NCBI GenBank assembly: GCA_040222775.1
Contig: JAVKCL010000015.1
Span: 162,975 to 226,974, forward strand
Direction of reading: 5' to 3'
DNA from: Pseudomonadales bacterium
Lineage (GTDB): Bacteria; Pseudomonadota; Gammaproteobacteria; Pseudomonadales; Azotimanducaceae
DNA: 64,000 nt
The notes under the pieces are model-generated. The model saw nothing but the letters and a program-made list of their open reading frames with translations, did no database searches and was not told the origin of the DNA. How positions within the stretch are numbered: the first letter of the stretch is position 1; each line of letters begins with the position of its first letter. The position numbers were made by a program, and so were the translations under genes. Below, piece by piece: positions 39,433-48,847 of this stretch.

Positions 39433-40680
39433 TCAGCCCGCGATCTGGTAGGCCATGGCTTTAAATTCATGGCTGAATGGATGCCAGAATCCGGGCATGC
39501 GCTGGGTTGCACACAGACCCATGATGCCTGCCTCCGGTGCCATCCAGGTGTGGGTGCCAGCCATACCACCCCAATGGTATTCATCCTGCATCCCTGCTGG
39601 CTCACCCTCCATCAGGGTCTGTTTGAGGGCAAAGCCCAGGCCGAATACGGTGCCCGGCATGGCCCACATGGGAAAGGCCACGCCAACCCCGTCGGCCAGC
39701 TGGTTGGTACGCATCAGATTGAGCGTGGTCGGCTGCAGGATTCGAGTCTCCTGCCAGCTGCCACCGTTGACGATCATGCGGATAAACGTCATGTAGTCCG
39801 GGATGGTCGATACCAGGCCACCGCCACCGCTCTTGAACGCGCGCGGCTGGTTGTAGGTGCCCTCGGTGGGGCTGTCTGCAAAGACCATACCCGGCTTCAT
39901 CGGATCCAGCAGATCTTCGGGCGCGTACATGGTGATGAAACGATCCGCTTTTTCCGGTGGGACCCAGAAATCGGTATCCACCATATTCAGCGGCTTGAAC
40001 AGACGTGCCTGAAGAAACTCATCGAAAGTTTGACCTGAAATTACTTCGATCAGTCTGGCGCAGACATCAGTGGCGACCGAGTACCGCCAGCTGGTGCCTG
40101 GGTGGTATGCCAGCGGTAGTTTACTCACCCGGTCGCAGAATTCCTCCAGCGTCAGGGTGGCGTTGCTCAGTACGTCGAGGCCGCCGTTCATATAGGCCTG
40201 ATCGATGATCGACTCAGGCTCGATAAAGCCATAACTGAAGCCAGCACTGTGGCTGAGAATATGCCGGATCTCGATCTCACTGCGCGCGGGTTCGACATCT
40301 GTGGCCGACTCTGCGTCGGGTTTGAGCACCGTCATGTCAGAAAATTCCGGCATGAACTTCGCAAGCGGATCGGTCAGTGCGAATTTGCCTTCTTCAAACA
40401 GCATCATCAAAGCCACGGAGGTGACGATCTTGGTGTTGGAATACATGCGGTATATGGCATCGGGGCGCAGCGGCGTTTTGCTCTCTTTGTCCATATAACC
40501 GAACGTCTGGTAGTCCAGAATGTCGGTGCCGCGCATGACAAGCGTGCTGACGCAGGACAGAATGTCTTCGTCGATGTAGTGCTGCATGCGCTGGTGCATG
40601 GGTGAAAAGTCCAGTTCGTGATCTGCGGTGGTTAACACGGTGTTTAAGGTACTGATGCCTGCGTCTCCCCTGAGTTGCAT
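39433..40680 (-). CDS. Beta-lactamase-family serine hydrolase (family VIII esterase-like)
   Basis: YRMYSNTK (SxxK), ILSHSAG, PGTSWRYS, SGGGGLVST and WGGMAGT. Start uncertain. Confidence 0.85.
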   Translation of the reverse strand: MQLRGDAGISTLNTVLTTADHELDFSPMHQRMQHYIDEDILSCVSTLVMRGTDILDYQTFGYMDKESKTPLRPDAIYRMYSNTKIVTSVALMMLFEEGKFALTDPLAKFMPEFSDMTVLKPDAESATDVEPARSEIEIRHILSHSAGFSYGFIEPESIIDQAYMNGGLDVLSNATLTLEEFCDRVSKLPLAYHPGTSWRYSVATDVCARLIEVISGQTFDEFLQARLFKPLNMVDTDFWVPPEKADRFITMYAPEDLLDPMKPGMVFADSPTEGTYNQPRAFKSGGGGLVSTIPDYMTFIRMIVNGGSWQETRILQPTTLNLMRTNQLADGVGVAFPMWAMPGTVFGLGFALKQTLMEGEPAGMQDEYHWGGMAGTHTWMAPEAGIMGLCATQRMPGFWHPFSHEFKAMAYQIAG

Positions 40681-40742
40681 GTATGATTTCGGCCTGTGAG
40701 ACTGCCGAAAACCATGATGTTAAGCAAGCGAGGGGAATGACC

Positions 40743-41789
40743 ATGCGGATATCGACACTGATGAGTTATGCCAGCGGCTTCAAGGAAGCCGTGGCCGAAA
40801 TCAAAGAACTGGAACAGGCCGGCCTGGATGTGGTTTGGGTGCCAGAGGCCTACTCCTTCGATGCACCCAGCGCCATGGGGTATATCGCTGCGGAAACTGA
40901 GCGGGTCACCATCGCCTCTGGCATTCTGCCGATTTACAGTCGTACACCCTCGCTGCTGGCCATGACTGCTGCCGGCATCGATGCCCTTTCTGATGGGCGC
41001 TGCATGTTGGGGCTGGGTGCTTCCGGTCCCCAGGTGATTGAAGGTTTTCATGGGGTGCCTTATCACGCGCCGGTTGCGCGTCTGCGCGAGATCATCGATA
41101 TCTGTCGCATGGTCTGGCGGCGGGAGAAGGTGCAGTACATGGGTAAGCACTTTCAGATTCCGCTGCCCCAGGATCAGGGTACCGGTCTCGGTAAACCGCT
41201 CAAGCTGATCAATCATCCGGTGCGCGATGAAGTGCCTATTGCGGTGGCGTCGCTGGGTCAGGCCAGTGTGGCCATGACGGCGGAACTGGCCGATGCCTGG
41301 TTGCCGGCTTTTTACACCGCAGAAGCGGCCCAGGCTGTATGGGGGGATGCTCTAGCCCGGGGTCAGGCCAAGCGGGACCCGAACCGCGCCCCGCTGGAAG
41401 TGTTTGCCGGTGGCATGGTGGCTATCGGGCAGGGTATGGAGGGTCTGCGCGATCTGGCCCGTCCCCAAGCTGCGCTGTATATCGGCGGTATGGGTGCCCG
41501 GTCCAAAAATTTCTACAACGACATCTTTTCGCGTAGTGGTTATGCCGAGGAAGCCAGACAGATTCAAGATCTGTATCTAGCGGGAGAAAAGCAGGCGGCA
41601 GAAGCCGCCATACCGGAAGACTACCTGGCTAAAAACTCGCTGATTGGCGATGAAGGTTTCGTTACCGAACGCCTACACGCGCTGCGTGAATCCGGCGTGA
41701 CGGCGCTCAACGTCGGTCTGGCGGGAAAAACCACCGCCGAGCGGGTGGCCCAATGCGACAAGCTGCGTAACCTGGTCGAGAAGCTCTAG
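40743..41789 (+). CDS. LLM-class F420-dependent-type oxidoreductase
   Basis: VWVPEAYSFDA, LSDGRCMLGLGASGPQVIEGFHG, GLGKPLKL and ALYIGGMGARSKNFYN. Confidence 0.85.
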   Translation: MRISTLMSYASGFKEAVAEIKELEQAGLDVVWVPEAYSFDAPSAMGYIAAETERVTIASGILPIYSRTPSLLAMTAAGIDALSDGRCMLGLGASGPQVIEGFHGVPYHAPVARLREIIDICRMVWRREKVQYMGKHFQIPLPQDQGTGLGKPLKLINHPVRDEVPIAVASLGQASVAMTAELADAWLPAFYTAEAAQAVWGDALARGQAKRDPNRAPLEVFAGGMVAIGQGMEGLRDLARPQAALYIGGMGARSKNFYNDIFSRSGYAEEARQIQDLYLAGEKQAAEAAIPEDYLAKNSLIGDEGFVTERLHALRESGVTALNVGLAGKTTAERVAQCDKLRNLVEKL

Positions 41790-41799
41790 TCGCAGTCGG

Positions 41800-42402
41800 T
41801 TATTCCGCGTCGAGTGCGTTCTGGGCGCCAATCTGCGCCCAGGCGTCGATGGCTTGGTCGGCATTGCCGTTATGCCGGTTCATCAGTTCGTCGAACTGAT
41901 TGCGGTAGGTCAGACCCAGGTTCACACCGTCGAAGATCAGATTGCGTACCTTCCAGCCGTCGGCCTGCTGTGCGACTGAGGCGATGACGGCGATTTTCTG
42001 ACCGTTCTGCTGAATCACATTGGCATAGGCCTGGCCAGCAGTACTGCGCTTTTCACTGATTTTTGTCTGGGTCACCTTGATGTCAAAGTCGCCAGCGGCT
42101 GCGGTGGCGGAACGCAACAGCGCGAACATCGACTTTTCAAACTCGGCTTGAAATCGCGTCCTTTGTTCCTCGCTAAGCGTTTTGCCGTGTTTGCCCAGCA
42201 CGCCGCGGGTGATCGCAGCAAAGTCGATATGTCGTGCCAGTTCGGCTTCATCAGGTTCAGGCGCGCGAACCACGTCGATGATGGCCGTCAGATTGGCTTC
42301 AAAGTCACCGGCCATGTCTGCCAACGCGACCGGAGACGCGCAGAGCGTAGCCAGTATGAGCAGGCCTGCCTGGATTGAGGATATATGTTTCAAGGCGCGC
42401 AA
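41800..42402 (-). CDS. MlaC/Ttg2D-family phospholipid-binding periplasmic protein
   Basis: IDFAAITRGVLGK, EQRTRF and WKVRNLIFDGVNLGLTYRNQF. Signal peptide; GGAGG RBS before the TTG at 42402. Confidence 0.8.
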   Translation of the reverse strand: MRALKHISSIQAGLLILATLCASPVALADMAGDFEANLTAIIDVVRAPEPDEAELARHIDFAAITRGVLGKHGKTLSEEQRTRFQAEFEKSMFALLRSATAAAGDFDIKVTQTKISEKRSTAGQAYANVIQQNGQKIAVIASVAQQADGWKVRNLIFDGVNLGLTYRNQFDELMNRHNGNADQAIDAWAQIGAQNALDAE

Positions 42403-42576
42403 AGGGAACCTCCATTTTGTCGATGCGTTACTATTTCTATGCGTTATTATGCCGCCGCGCATTGTAATATAATTGCGCGCCAGGGAAGCTCTGATTAAAT
42501 CTAAAACTCAGGGTTTCTGACGCTTTTGTGTTTCCCTGGAATTCTGCAAGTATAAATAAGGCCAGCTGTACCGAAT

Positions 42577-45024
42577 ATGAACCGTGGATTTGCCTATCTG
42601 CAGTGGCCGCGTTTGGTCCTGGCAAGCTGTGCTGTTTTGCTTTTTCTGGCGTTTTCCCAGATGGGGGCGTTCCGCTTTGATGCTTCGTCCGACACGCTGG
42701 TGGTGGAGGGAGACCCTGATCTGGCGGCTTTTGAGCAGGTGGTCGAGACCTTCGGTGGCGAAGACTTTCTGTTTCTGACCTTCGCGCCGCATTCGGCGGA
42801 GCCCTTCAGTCCTGAGGCCCTTACCACATTGCAGGAGCTGGTGGCAGATCTGCGCCAGGTTGAGGGTGTCAGCAGCGTCTTCAGTGTGCTGGATGCGCCG
42901 CTGCTGAAAAGTCCACCGGTGGAGATCACTGCGCTGGTCGACGGCTTTCCGACGCTGATGTCCCCCGCAACAGATCTGGATCTGGCGCGCGAGGAACTGG
43001 CCAGCAGTCCATTTTTCAAAGAATTGCTGATCACCCGCAATGCCGATGCGACCGCCATAAAAATTGATCTGCGCGCTAACAGGCCATTGGCCGAAGCCCG
43101 TGACCGGCTCGTATCCCTCGGGCAGGAAGGGGCGGATGATGAGCAGCTCGCCGCTGCCCGGGCAGAGCTGAACGCACTGAAGGATACCCAGCAACAGAAC
43201 CGTACGCAGTTGATCCAGGATTTACGCGATGTTCGCGCACACTACCAGGATCAGGGTGAGCTGCATCTGGGTGGTGTGCCCATGATCGCCGCCGATATGA
43301 TCACCTACGTCAAAAGCGACCTGCTGACCTTTGGCGGGGTTGTCATCGTTCTCATGATCGTCGCGCTGGCGATCTTTTTCCGACGTGTGCGCTGGGTGGT
43401 GCTGCCGCTCTTGACCGCCAGTGCCAGTGTGGTGCTGACTGTGGGCCTGCTTGGGTTTATGGGCTGGCAGGCGACGGTGATCTCGTCCAACTTTATCTCT
43501 CTGCTCGGCATTACCACCATTTCGCTGACCATCCATCTGATTGTCCACTATCGTGAGCTGCGCCTGACTGAGCCGGATATGGATGCTCGCACGATTGTTT
43601 ACGAGACCATGCAGGCCAAGCTCTGGCCCTGCGTTTACACGGCGATCACCACCATCGCCGCGTTCGGTTCGTTGACGGTCAGCGGGATCCTGCCGGTCGC
43701 CGATTTCGGCTGGATGATGTGTATTGGTATCGGTCTTTCGCTGCTTACCACATTCACGGTTTTCCCGGCCATTCTGCTGTTGCTGCCCATTGGCGAGTCG
43801 GCGGATAACCTCGGGGATCACAACAGTTTTATCCGCGGCCTGGGCGAAATCGCCCGCTGGCGGCCCATGGTGTTTACCGCATCGAGTGTTGTGATTGCGA
43901 TCGCAGCGGCGTATGGCGTCAGCCAGGTCTCGCTGGATAACCGCTTTGCTGAGTATTTCGACGAAGACACTGAGATTTATCAGGGCATGCGCTACATCGA
44001 CCAGAATCTGGGTGGCACCATTCCCTTTGATGTGGTGTTGTCTTTTCCGCCCTATGAAGAAACACCCGCAGACGAAGATGATTTTTTCAGCGAGGTGGAG
44101 GATGAGTATCCCGAACGCTACTGGTATTCGCGCAGCATGCTGGACCGGCTGGAAAAGGTGCACCGTTTTCTGGATGCACAACCCCAGGTAGGTAAGGTGC
44201 TGTCGCTGACGGCACTTGAAGACTTTGCGCTGGAGTTCACCGATGGCAAAAAGCTCGGCAGCCTGGAAATCGTGGCGATCCTCGGCGCAATACCGCCGGA
44301 CCTGCATCAACAGATCATCGCGCCTTATGCCAATCCAGCCTCGGGTGAGTTGCGTCTTGCCGGGCGTATCATTGAAAGTGCCGACAGTTTCGACCGTAGC
44401 GCGTTCCGTCGCCAGATCGTTGAGTTCGCGCAGAACGAAGCGGGCTTTGAGCGTGATGAGGTGGTGGTGACCGGCATGATGGTGCTGTTCAATGGTATGT
44501 TATCGCAACTGCTGGAATCCCAAGTCAATACACTGGCCTACATCCTGCTGGCGGTTTTCATCATGTTTCTGGTGCTGTTGCGCTCGCTGGGTCTGGCGCT
44601 GTTGGGCATGATTCCCAACACCCTCGCCTCAGCCACGGTCATTGGCGCCATGGGCTTTGCCGGTGTGCCTCTGGACATGATGACGATTACCATCGCAGCG
44701 GTCTGCATCGGTATCGGCGTGGATGACACCATTCACTATATGCATCGCTTTCGGGTCGAGTATGCGCGCCATGGCGACGCCCGTGTGGCGATCAGTTTCT
44801 GCCACGAAAGCATTGGTCGCGCCTTGTTTTATACGTCCGCAACGGTAGTGGTAGGCTTCTCTGTGCTGTGTTTTTCCAGCTTTGTACCCACGGTGATGTT
44901 TGGCCTGTGGACGGCCATCGCCATGGTGCTGGCGCTGGTCGCTAATCTGACCCTGCTGCCGGCGTTGCTGGTGCTGACTCACAGCAAGGCACCGCCCGAA
45001 CCAGAGTTGCGCTCAGCGGAATAG
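42577..45024 (+). CDS. MMPL/RND-family lipid transporter
   Basis: Two repeated halves, GGVPMIAAD, TTIAAFGSL, GIGVDDTIH and LTLLPALL. Confidence 0.88.
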   Translation: MNRGFAYLQWPRLVLASCAVLLFLAFSQMGAFRFDASSDTLVVEGDPDLAAFEQVVETFGGEDFLFLTFAPHSAEPFSPEALTTLQELVADLRQVEGVSSVFSVLDAPLLKSPPVEITALVDGFPTLMSPATDLDLAREELASSPFFKELLITRNADATAIKIDLRANRPLAEARDRLVSLGQEGADDEQLAAARAELNALKDTQQQNRTQLIQDLRDVRAHYQDQGELHLGGVPMIAADMITYVKSDLLTFGGVVIVLMIVALAIFFRRVRWVVLPLLTASASVVLTVGLLGFMGWQATVISSNFISLLGITTISLTIHLIVHYRELRLTEPDMDARTIVYETMQAKLWPCVYTAITTIAAFGSLTVSGILPVADFGWMMCIGIGLSLLTTFTVFPAILLLLPIGESADNLGDHNSFIRGLGEIARWRPMVFTASSVVIAIAAAYGVSQVSLDNRFAEYFDEDTEIYQGMRYIDQNLGGTIPFDVVLSFPPYEETPADEDDFFSEVEDEYPERYWYSRSMLDRLEKVHRFLDAQPQVGKVLSLTALEDFALEFTDGKKLGSLEIVAILGAIPPDLHQQIIAPYANPASGELRLAGRIIESADSFDRSAFRRQIVEFAQNEAGFERDEVVVTGMMVLFNGMLSQLLESQVNTLAYILLAVFIMFLVLLRSLGLALLGMIPNTLASATVIGAMGFAGVPLDMMTITIAAVCIGIGVDDTIHYMHRFRVEYARHGDARVAISFCHESIGRALFYTSATVVVGFSVLCFSSFVPTVMFGLWTAIAMVLALVANLTLLPALLVLTHSKAPPEPELRSAE

Positions 45025-45381
45025 GCCGCGCACCCAGTCCAGCAGGGTCTTGAACTTGAGGTCGGTAAATTCGCCGGCGTCCAGGAAGATACCCTCGCAG
45101 GTATTGCACTGTTCGTACCAGATGTGGCGCTGTTCCGGGTCTGAGTGTTTTTCCATCGGCCCATGGCCCAGCGGGCAGGAGACATCCTTCACCCGGTCAA
45201 GCTTTTCACCAATCAACGGACTACCCACGTCCACCAGCGCCTCGGACATCCAGGCCGATTTGAGCTGAGCCAGTTCATCAGGCTTACACCACAGACCAAA
45301 GCAGGCATCACAGCGATGCAGTGTGATCTGATCGCGAACACTGATTTCCTCAAGCGAGCCGGTACATTTCGGGCAATCCAA
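45013..45381 (-). CDS. Double zinc-ribbon (zf-TFIIB-like) protein
   Basis: CPKC...CDACFGLW and CP...CNTCEGIFLDAGE. Confidence 0.8.
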   Translation of the reverse strand: MDCPKCTGSLEEISVRDQITLHRCDACFGLWCKPDELAQLKSAWMSEALVDVGSPLIGEKLDRVKDVSCPLGHGPMEKHSDPEQRHIWYEQCNTCEGIFLDAGEFTDLKFKTLLDWVRGLFR

Positions 45382-45530
45382 GCCAATTCCTTGTCTATAA
45401 AGCAGATTTTATGCAGTGCTTCCAGGCAGCAATTGCTGCGAGATAGCTTCCGCTAAGCAGCGAAAGCTGCGCATTCTATGCGATCTGATTGAGCTTCGCA
45501 CAGGGTAGTTAATGGTATGAGTTGGGTGGG

Positions 45531-46616
45531 TCAGTCGACCACGGCGACGGATTTGATCTGCGCCCAGACCTGGCCGTCGACGGCCAATCCCAGATGGTTG
45601 ACCGAACGCTGTGTCAGCCGGGCTATAAAGGTGTCGCTGCCCGCGCGTAAACGCACCAGCGCGAAGGCTTCGTCTTCATCCTTTTCCACTGCGGTGACTT
45701 CGACCTGGAAGCGATTGAGAATGCTACTGTCCTGCTGATTGGACAGGGTGACGCTGATGTCTCGAGCCAGCACCTGTATGCGCACCAGCTCCCCCATTTG
45801 CTGTCCACCTGCGCGTACCCAGATGCGGCTGCCGCCGGCGAGTTCAAGTTGATTCAGGTGCCACTGATCATCGTGCTCAATCACCTTACCGGCCAATACG
45901 ACGCCCAGATCCTGATCGTCAGGTAATGGCAAGTCCTGCCTGGAGAACACCGCGTCCGGACTGCCGTTGGCGACCACGGCCCCCCTGGCCATGAGCAATA
46001 CACTGTCTGCCAGGCGAGTCACTTCGTCCATGGCGTGGGTGACGTAAAGGATGGGCAGGTCCGTTTCGGCGTTAAAACGGGCGATGTAGGCGAGAATTTC
46101 CTGTTTTCGTTCGCTGTCCAGCGAGGCCAGTGGTTCGTCCATCAGCAGCAGCCGGGGTTGACTCATCAGGGCGCGACCGATGGCCACGCGCTGTCGTTCC
46201 CCTCCCGAAAGCTGGTGCGGGTAGCGCTGCAGGAGATCACCGATATCCAGCAGTTCGATGATGTGGTCCCGGGCAAAATATTGTTGCCGATACTTCGCAC
46301 GGCTGGCGGCATAGTCCAGATTGGCGGCGGCGGTCAGATGGCTGAGCAGGGAGGCTTCCTGAAACACATAGCCCAGCGCACGCTTATGGGTGGGTACAAA
46401 GGTGGCGTCGTCCTGCCAGCACTCACCCGCAATCACAATGCGTCCCGGGGTGGGTTTTTCCAACCCGGCGATGCAGCGTAACAGGGTGGTTTTACCCGAG
46501 CCTGACGCACCGAAAATGGCGGTAATGCCCTGGCCGGGCAGGGTGACATCACAACTGAGCGAAAAGCCTGCACCCGGCAGAGTCAGGTGTGCACTGATGT
46601 CCAGCTCAGCAGTCAA
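45531..46616 (-). CDS. modC: Molybdate ABC transporter ATP-binding protein
   Basis: GASGSGKT, LSGGERQR, LLMDEP and a C-terminal TOBE domain (WAQIKSV). Confidence 0.95.
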   Translation of the reverse strand: MTAELDISAHLTLPGAGFSLSCDVTLPGQGITAIFGASGSGKTTLLRCIAGLEKPTPGRIVIAGECWQDDATFVPTHKRALGYVFQEASLLSHLTAAANLDYAASRAKYRQQYFARDHIIELLDIGDLLQRYPHQLSGGERQRVAIGRALMSQPRLLLMDEPLASLDSERKQEILAYIARFNAETDLPILYVTHAMDEVTRLADSVLLMARGAVVANGSPDAVFSRQDLPLPDDQDLGVVLAGKVIEHDDQWHLNQLELAGGSRIWVRAGGQQMGELVRIQVLARDISVTLSNQQDSSILNRFQVEVTAVEKDEDEAFALVRLRAGSDTFIARLTQRSVNHLGLAVDGQVWAQIKSVAVVD

Positions 46617-47305
46617 TGGGGCGGACCGATGCGCAGCGGACGTTTACCCTGGAACAGATAGAGGCCCAGCAACACGACAAAGGAAAAGACCAGTAACAAG
46701 GCTGCTAACGCATGCGCGTCGCCATAAGCCAGCGCTTCGACATGATCATAAATCTGCACTGACACCACGCGGGTTTCGCCTGGAATGCTGCCGCCGATCA
46801 TCAGCACGATGCCGAACTCACCCACCGTATGGGCAAAGCCCAGCACTGCGGCAGTGATAAAGCCGGGTTTTGCCAGCGGCAGCAGCACAGAGAAAAAACG
46901 ATCCACTGGACTGGCACCTAAAGTGGCAGCCACTTCCAGCGGACGCCGGTCCACGGCCTCCATGGCGTTCTGAATGGGCTGAATGACGAACGGCATGGAA
47001 TAAAAAAGCGACGCCACCACCAGCCCCCAGAAGGTAAATGCCAGCGAAGGCAGTCCCAACAGGGCCAGGGTGCTGCCGATAATGCCGTCTGGCCCCATGG
47101 CCAGCAGCAGATAGAAACCCAGCACCGTGGGTGGCAATACCAGAGGCAGGGCGACGATGGCCGCCACCGGCCCGCGCCAGACCGAACGGGTCCGACTCAA
47201 CCACCAGGCGATGGGGGTGCCGATAATCAGCAACAGCACGGTCACCGTGGTGGCCAGCCGGATGGTCAGCCAGATTGCCGTCAGATCCGCATCGCTGAAA
47301 CTCAT
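46613..47305 (-). CDS. modB: Molybdate ABC transporter permease
   Basis: LPLVLPPTVLGFYLL and FAHTVGEFG. Confidence 0.95.
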   Translation of the reverse strand: MSFSDADLTAIWLTIRLATTVTVLLLIIGTPIAWWLSRTRSVWRGPVAAIVALPLVLPPTVLGFYLLLAMGPDGIIGSTLALLGLPSLAFTFWGLVVASLFYSMPFVIQPIQNAMEAVDRRPLEVAATLGASPVDRFFSVLLPLAKPGFITAAVLGFAHTVGEFGIVLMIGGSIPGETRVVSVQIYDHVEALAYGDAHALAALLLVFSFVVLLGLYLFQGKRPLRIGPPH

Positions 47306-48108
47306 GGTGTATTGGCAGCAGGCGGCAGGTAGCCGAATTGCTCGATGATCTGCTGCACCGGGGGGGACTGCAAAGCGGCTAGAAACTGGCGGGCAGAGGC
47401 ATTGTCTGTAGCGCGGCTGAGCAACACCGCATCCTGCTGGATGGGGGGATGCAGGTGTGCGGGTACCAGCCAGGTGGAACCGCCGCTCACCATCGGCAGC
47501 TGCGAGCGTGCGATAAAGCCGAGGTCAGCATTACCGCTGTGGACGAATTGAAATGTCTGGGCGATATTTTCACCTGTAACCCACCGCGACCGCGTGGAGT
47601 CTACTAAGCCCATGCCCCGAAGCACAGCCTCAGCCGCCACCCCGTAAGGTGCAAAGCGCGGGTTAGCCAGCGCAAGTCTGCTGAAGCGGTCGGTCGCGAG
47701 TACGGCGGCACTGTCATCGACGAGGGCGGGGTCAGCAGACCAGAGCGCCAGTGCGCCCGTTGCATAGGTAAAACGGCTGTCGGCCAGCGCCAGCCCTTGC
47801 TGCACCAGGCGCTGTGGTTTGTCCTGATCGGCCGACAGGAAGACATCGAACGGTGCGCCCTGTCTGATCTGCGCATAAAACTTGCCGGATGCACCATAGG
47901 AGACGACCAGTGACATGCCACTCGTCTCCTCAAGGTGGGCGACAATGTTCTGCATCGGTGCCTGGAAGTTGGACGCTACCGCCAGCCGCACCACTGCAGG
48001 TGCGTCGGTGCTCTGGCTGGCGTCACGCTGGCTGGAACCAGGCTGGCCGCAGGCCACCGCGCCAAACAAAAGCGCCAGCAGGCCTGTGCGGATAAGAAGA
48101 CAGCGCAC
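47302..48108 (-). CDS. modA: Molybdate ABC transporter substrate-binding protein
   Basis: AVASNF, GASGKFYAQIRQGAPFDVFLSAD, ANPRFAPYG and GENIAQ. Confidence 0.93.
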   Translation of the reverse strand: MRCLLIRTGLLALLFGAVACGQPGSSQRDASQSTDAPAVVRLAVASNFQAPMQNIVAHLEETSGMSLVVSYGASGKFYAQIRQGAPFDVFLSADQDKPQRLVQQGLALADSRFTYATGALALWSADPALVDDSAAVLATDRFSRLALANPRFAPYGVAAEAVLRGMGLVDSTRSRWVTGENIAQTFQFVHSGNADLGFIARSQLPMVSGGSTWLVPAHLHPPIQQDAVLLSRATDNASARQFLAALQSPPVQQIIEQFGYLPPAANTP

Positions 48109-48118
48109 CGAACGAGGC

Positions 48119-48643
48119 TTACCTGATTTCGATAAAGCTCTTCAGCTCAAGCACACCGGATACCCGTCGAGCGGCAGCCTCGGCAGCTTCTTTTTCCTCT
48201 CTGTTGTCGACAAAGCCGCCCAGCAGCACTGTGCCGCGATTGACCTCAACATCGACCTGCAGGTTGCTCACTGCCCGGTCCCGCGCCAGCGCCGCATTCA
48301 GGCGCGTGAACAGCACCTTATCGTCAATGTACTCACCTACCCGTCGGCTGGTGGGCACGATCTGCAGGTTATTCGCCAGGTTGTTGACCCCTCGAATGGC
48401 AGAGGTAATGCGCCCGGCCTCGGCCACTTCTTCGCTGGAATCTGCAAAGCCGTTGAGCTGAATACGGCCCTTGTAGCCGCGCACCTCGATATCCAGGCCA
48501 TCGGTGACCGGATTTTTGAGCAGTGCGGCCTTGATGCGCGTGATGGTGGTCGCGTCATCCACCACGGTACCGGTGGAACGCCGGGTCTCAGTGGCGGTAC
48601 AGGCGGTCAGACTGAGAACAATGAAGAACAGGAGCGTACGCAT
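48119..48643 (-). CDS. Double-BON domain lipoprotein (OsmY-like)
   Basis: Lipobox LTAC and two BON repeats (VDDATTITRIKAAL; IDDKVLFTRLNAAL). Confidence 0.85.
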   Translation of the reverse strand: MRTLLFFIVLSLTACTATETRRSTGTVVDDATTITRIKAALLKNPVTDGLDIEVRGYKGRIQLNGFADSSEEVAEAGRITSAIRGVNNLANNLQIVPTSRRVGEYIDDKVLFTRLNAALARDRAVSNLQVDVEVNRGTVLLGGFVDNREEKEAAEAAARRVSGVLELKSFIEIR

Positions 48644-48778
48644 GATGAGGTCCTAATGGTGGAGTGATGTCTTGCCAGGGGCCTATCATGGGCTTTCCCG
48701 GGGTGATCTTGTAGTACTCCTTTGAGTGAAAATCCTGGCTTTAGTTCAGCAGGTTCGAGTGCTGGCTGGATCACTGCT

Positions 48779-48795
48779 ATAACCTTCAAGGTTAT
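48779..48795. promoter_or_regulatory. Perfect inverted repeat, probable operator of the adjacent XRE regulator
   Basis: ATAACCTT-C-AAGGTTAT lies in the divergent promoter region. Confidence 0.6.
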
Positions 48796-48847
48796 TGATC
48801 TGATGCCGTGTCAGGGTTTTACTGGGATCATGAATGGAGGATAAGCC

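Noticed and set aside
48644-48780. Possible Moco riboswitch upstream of BON-modABC
   Set aside because: Only weak resemblance (CUCGAACC...CUAAAG, GGGAAAGCCC). The characteristic 3' CCUCC...GAAAGG part is not in the right order. An Rfam cmscan would settle it.
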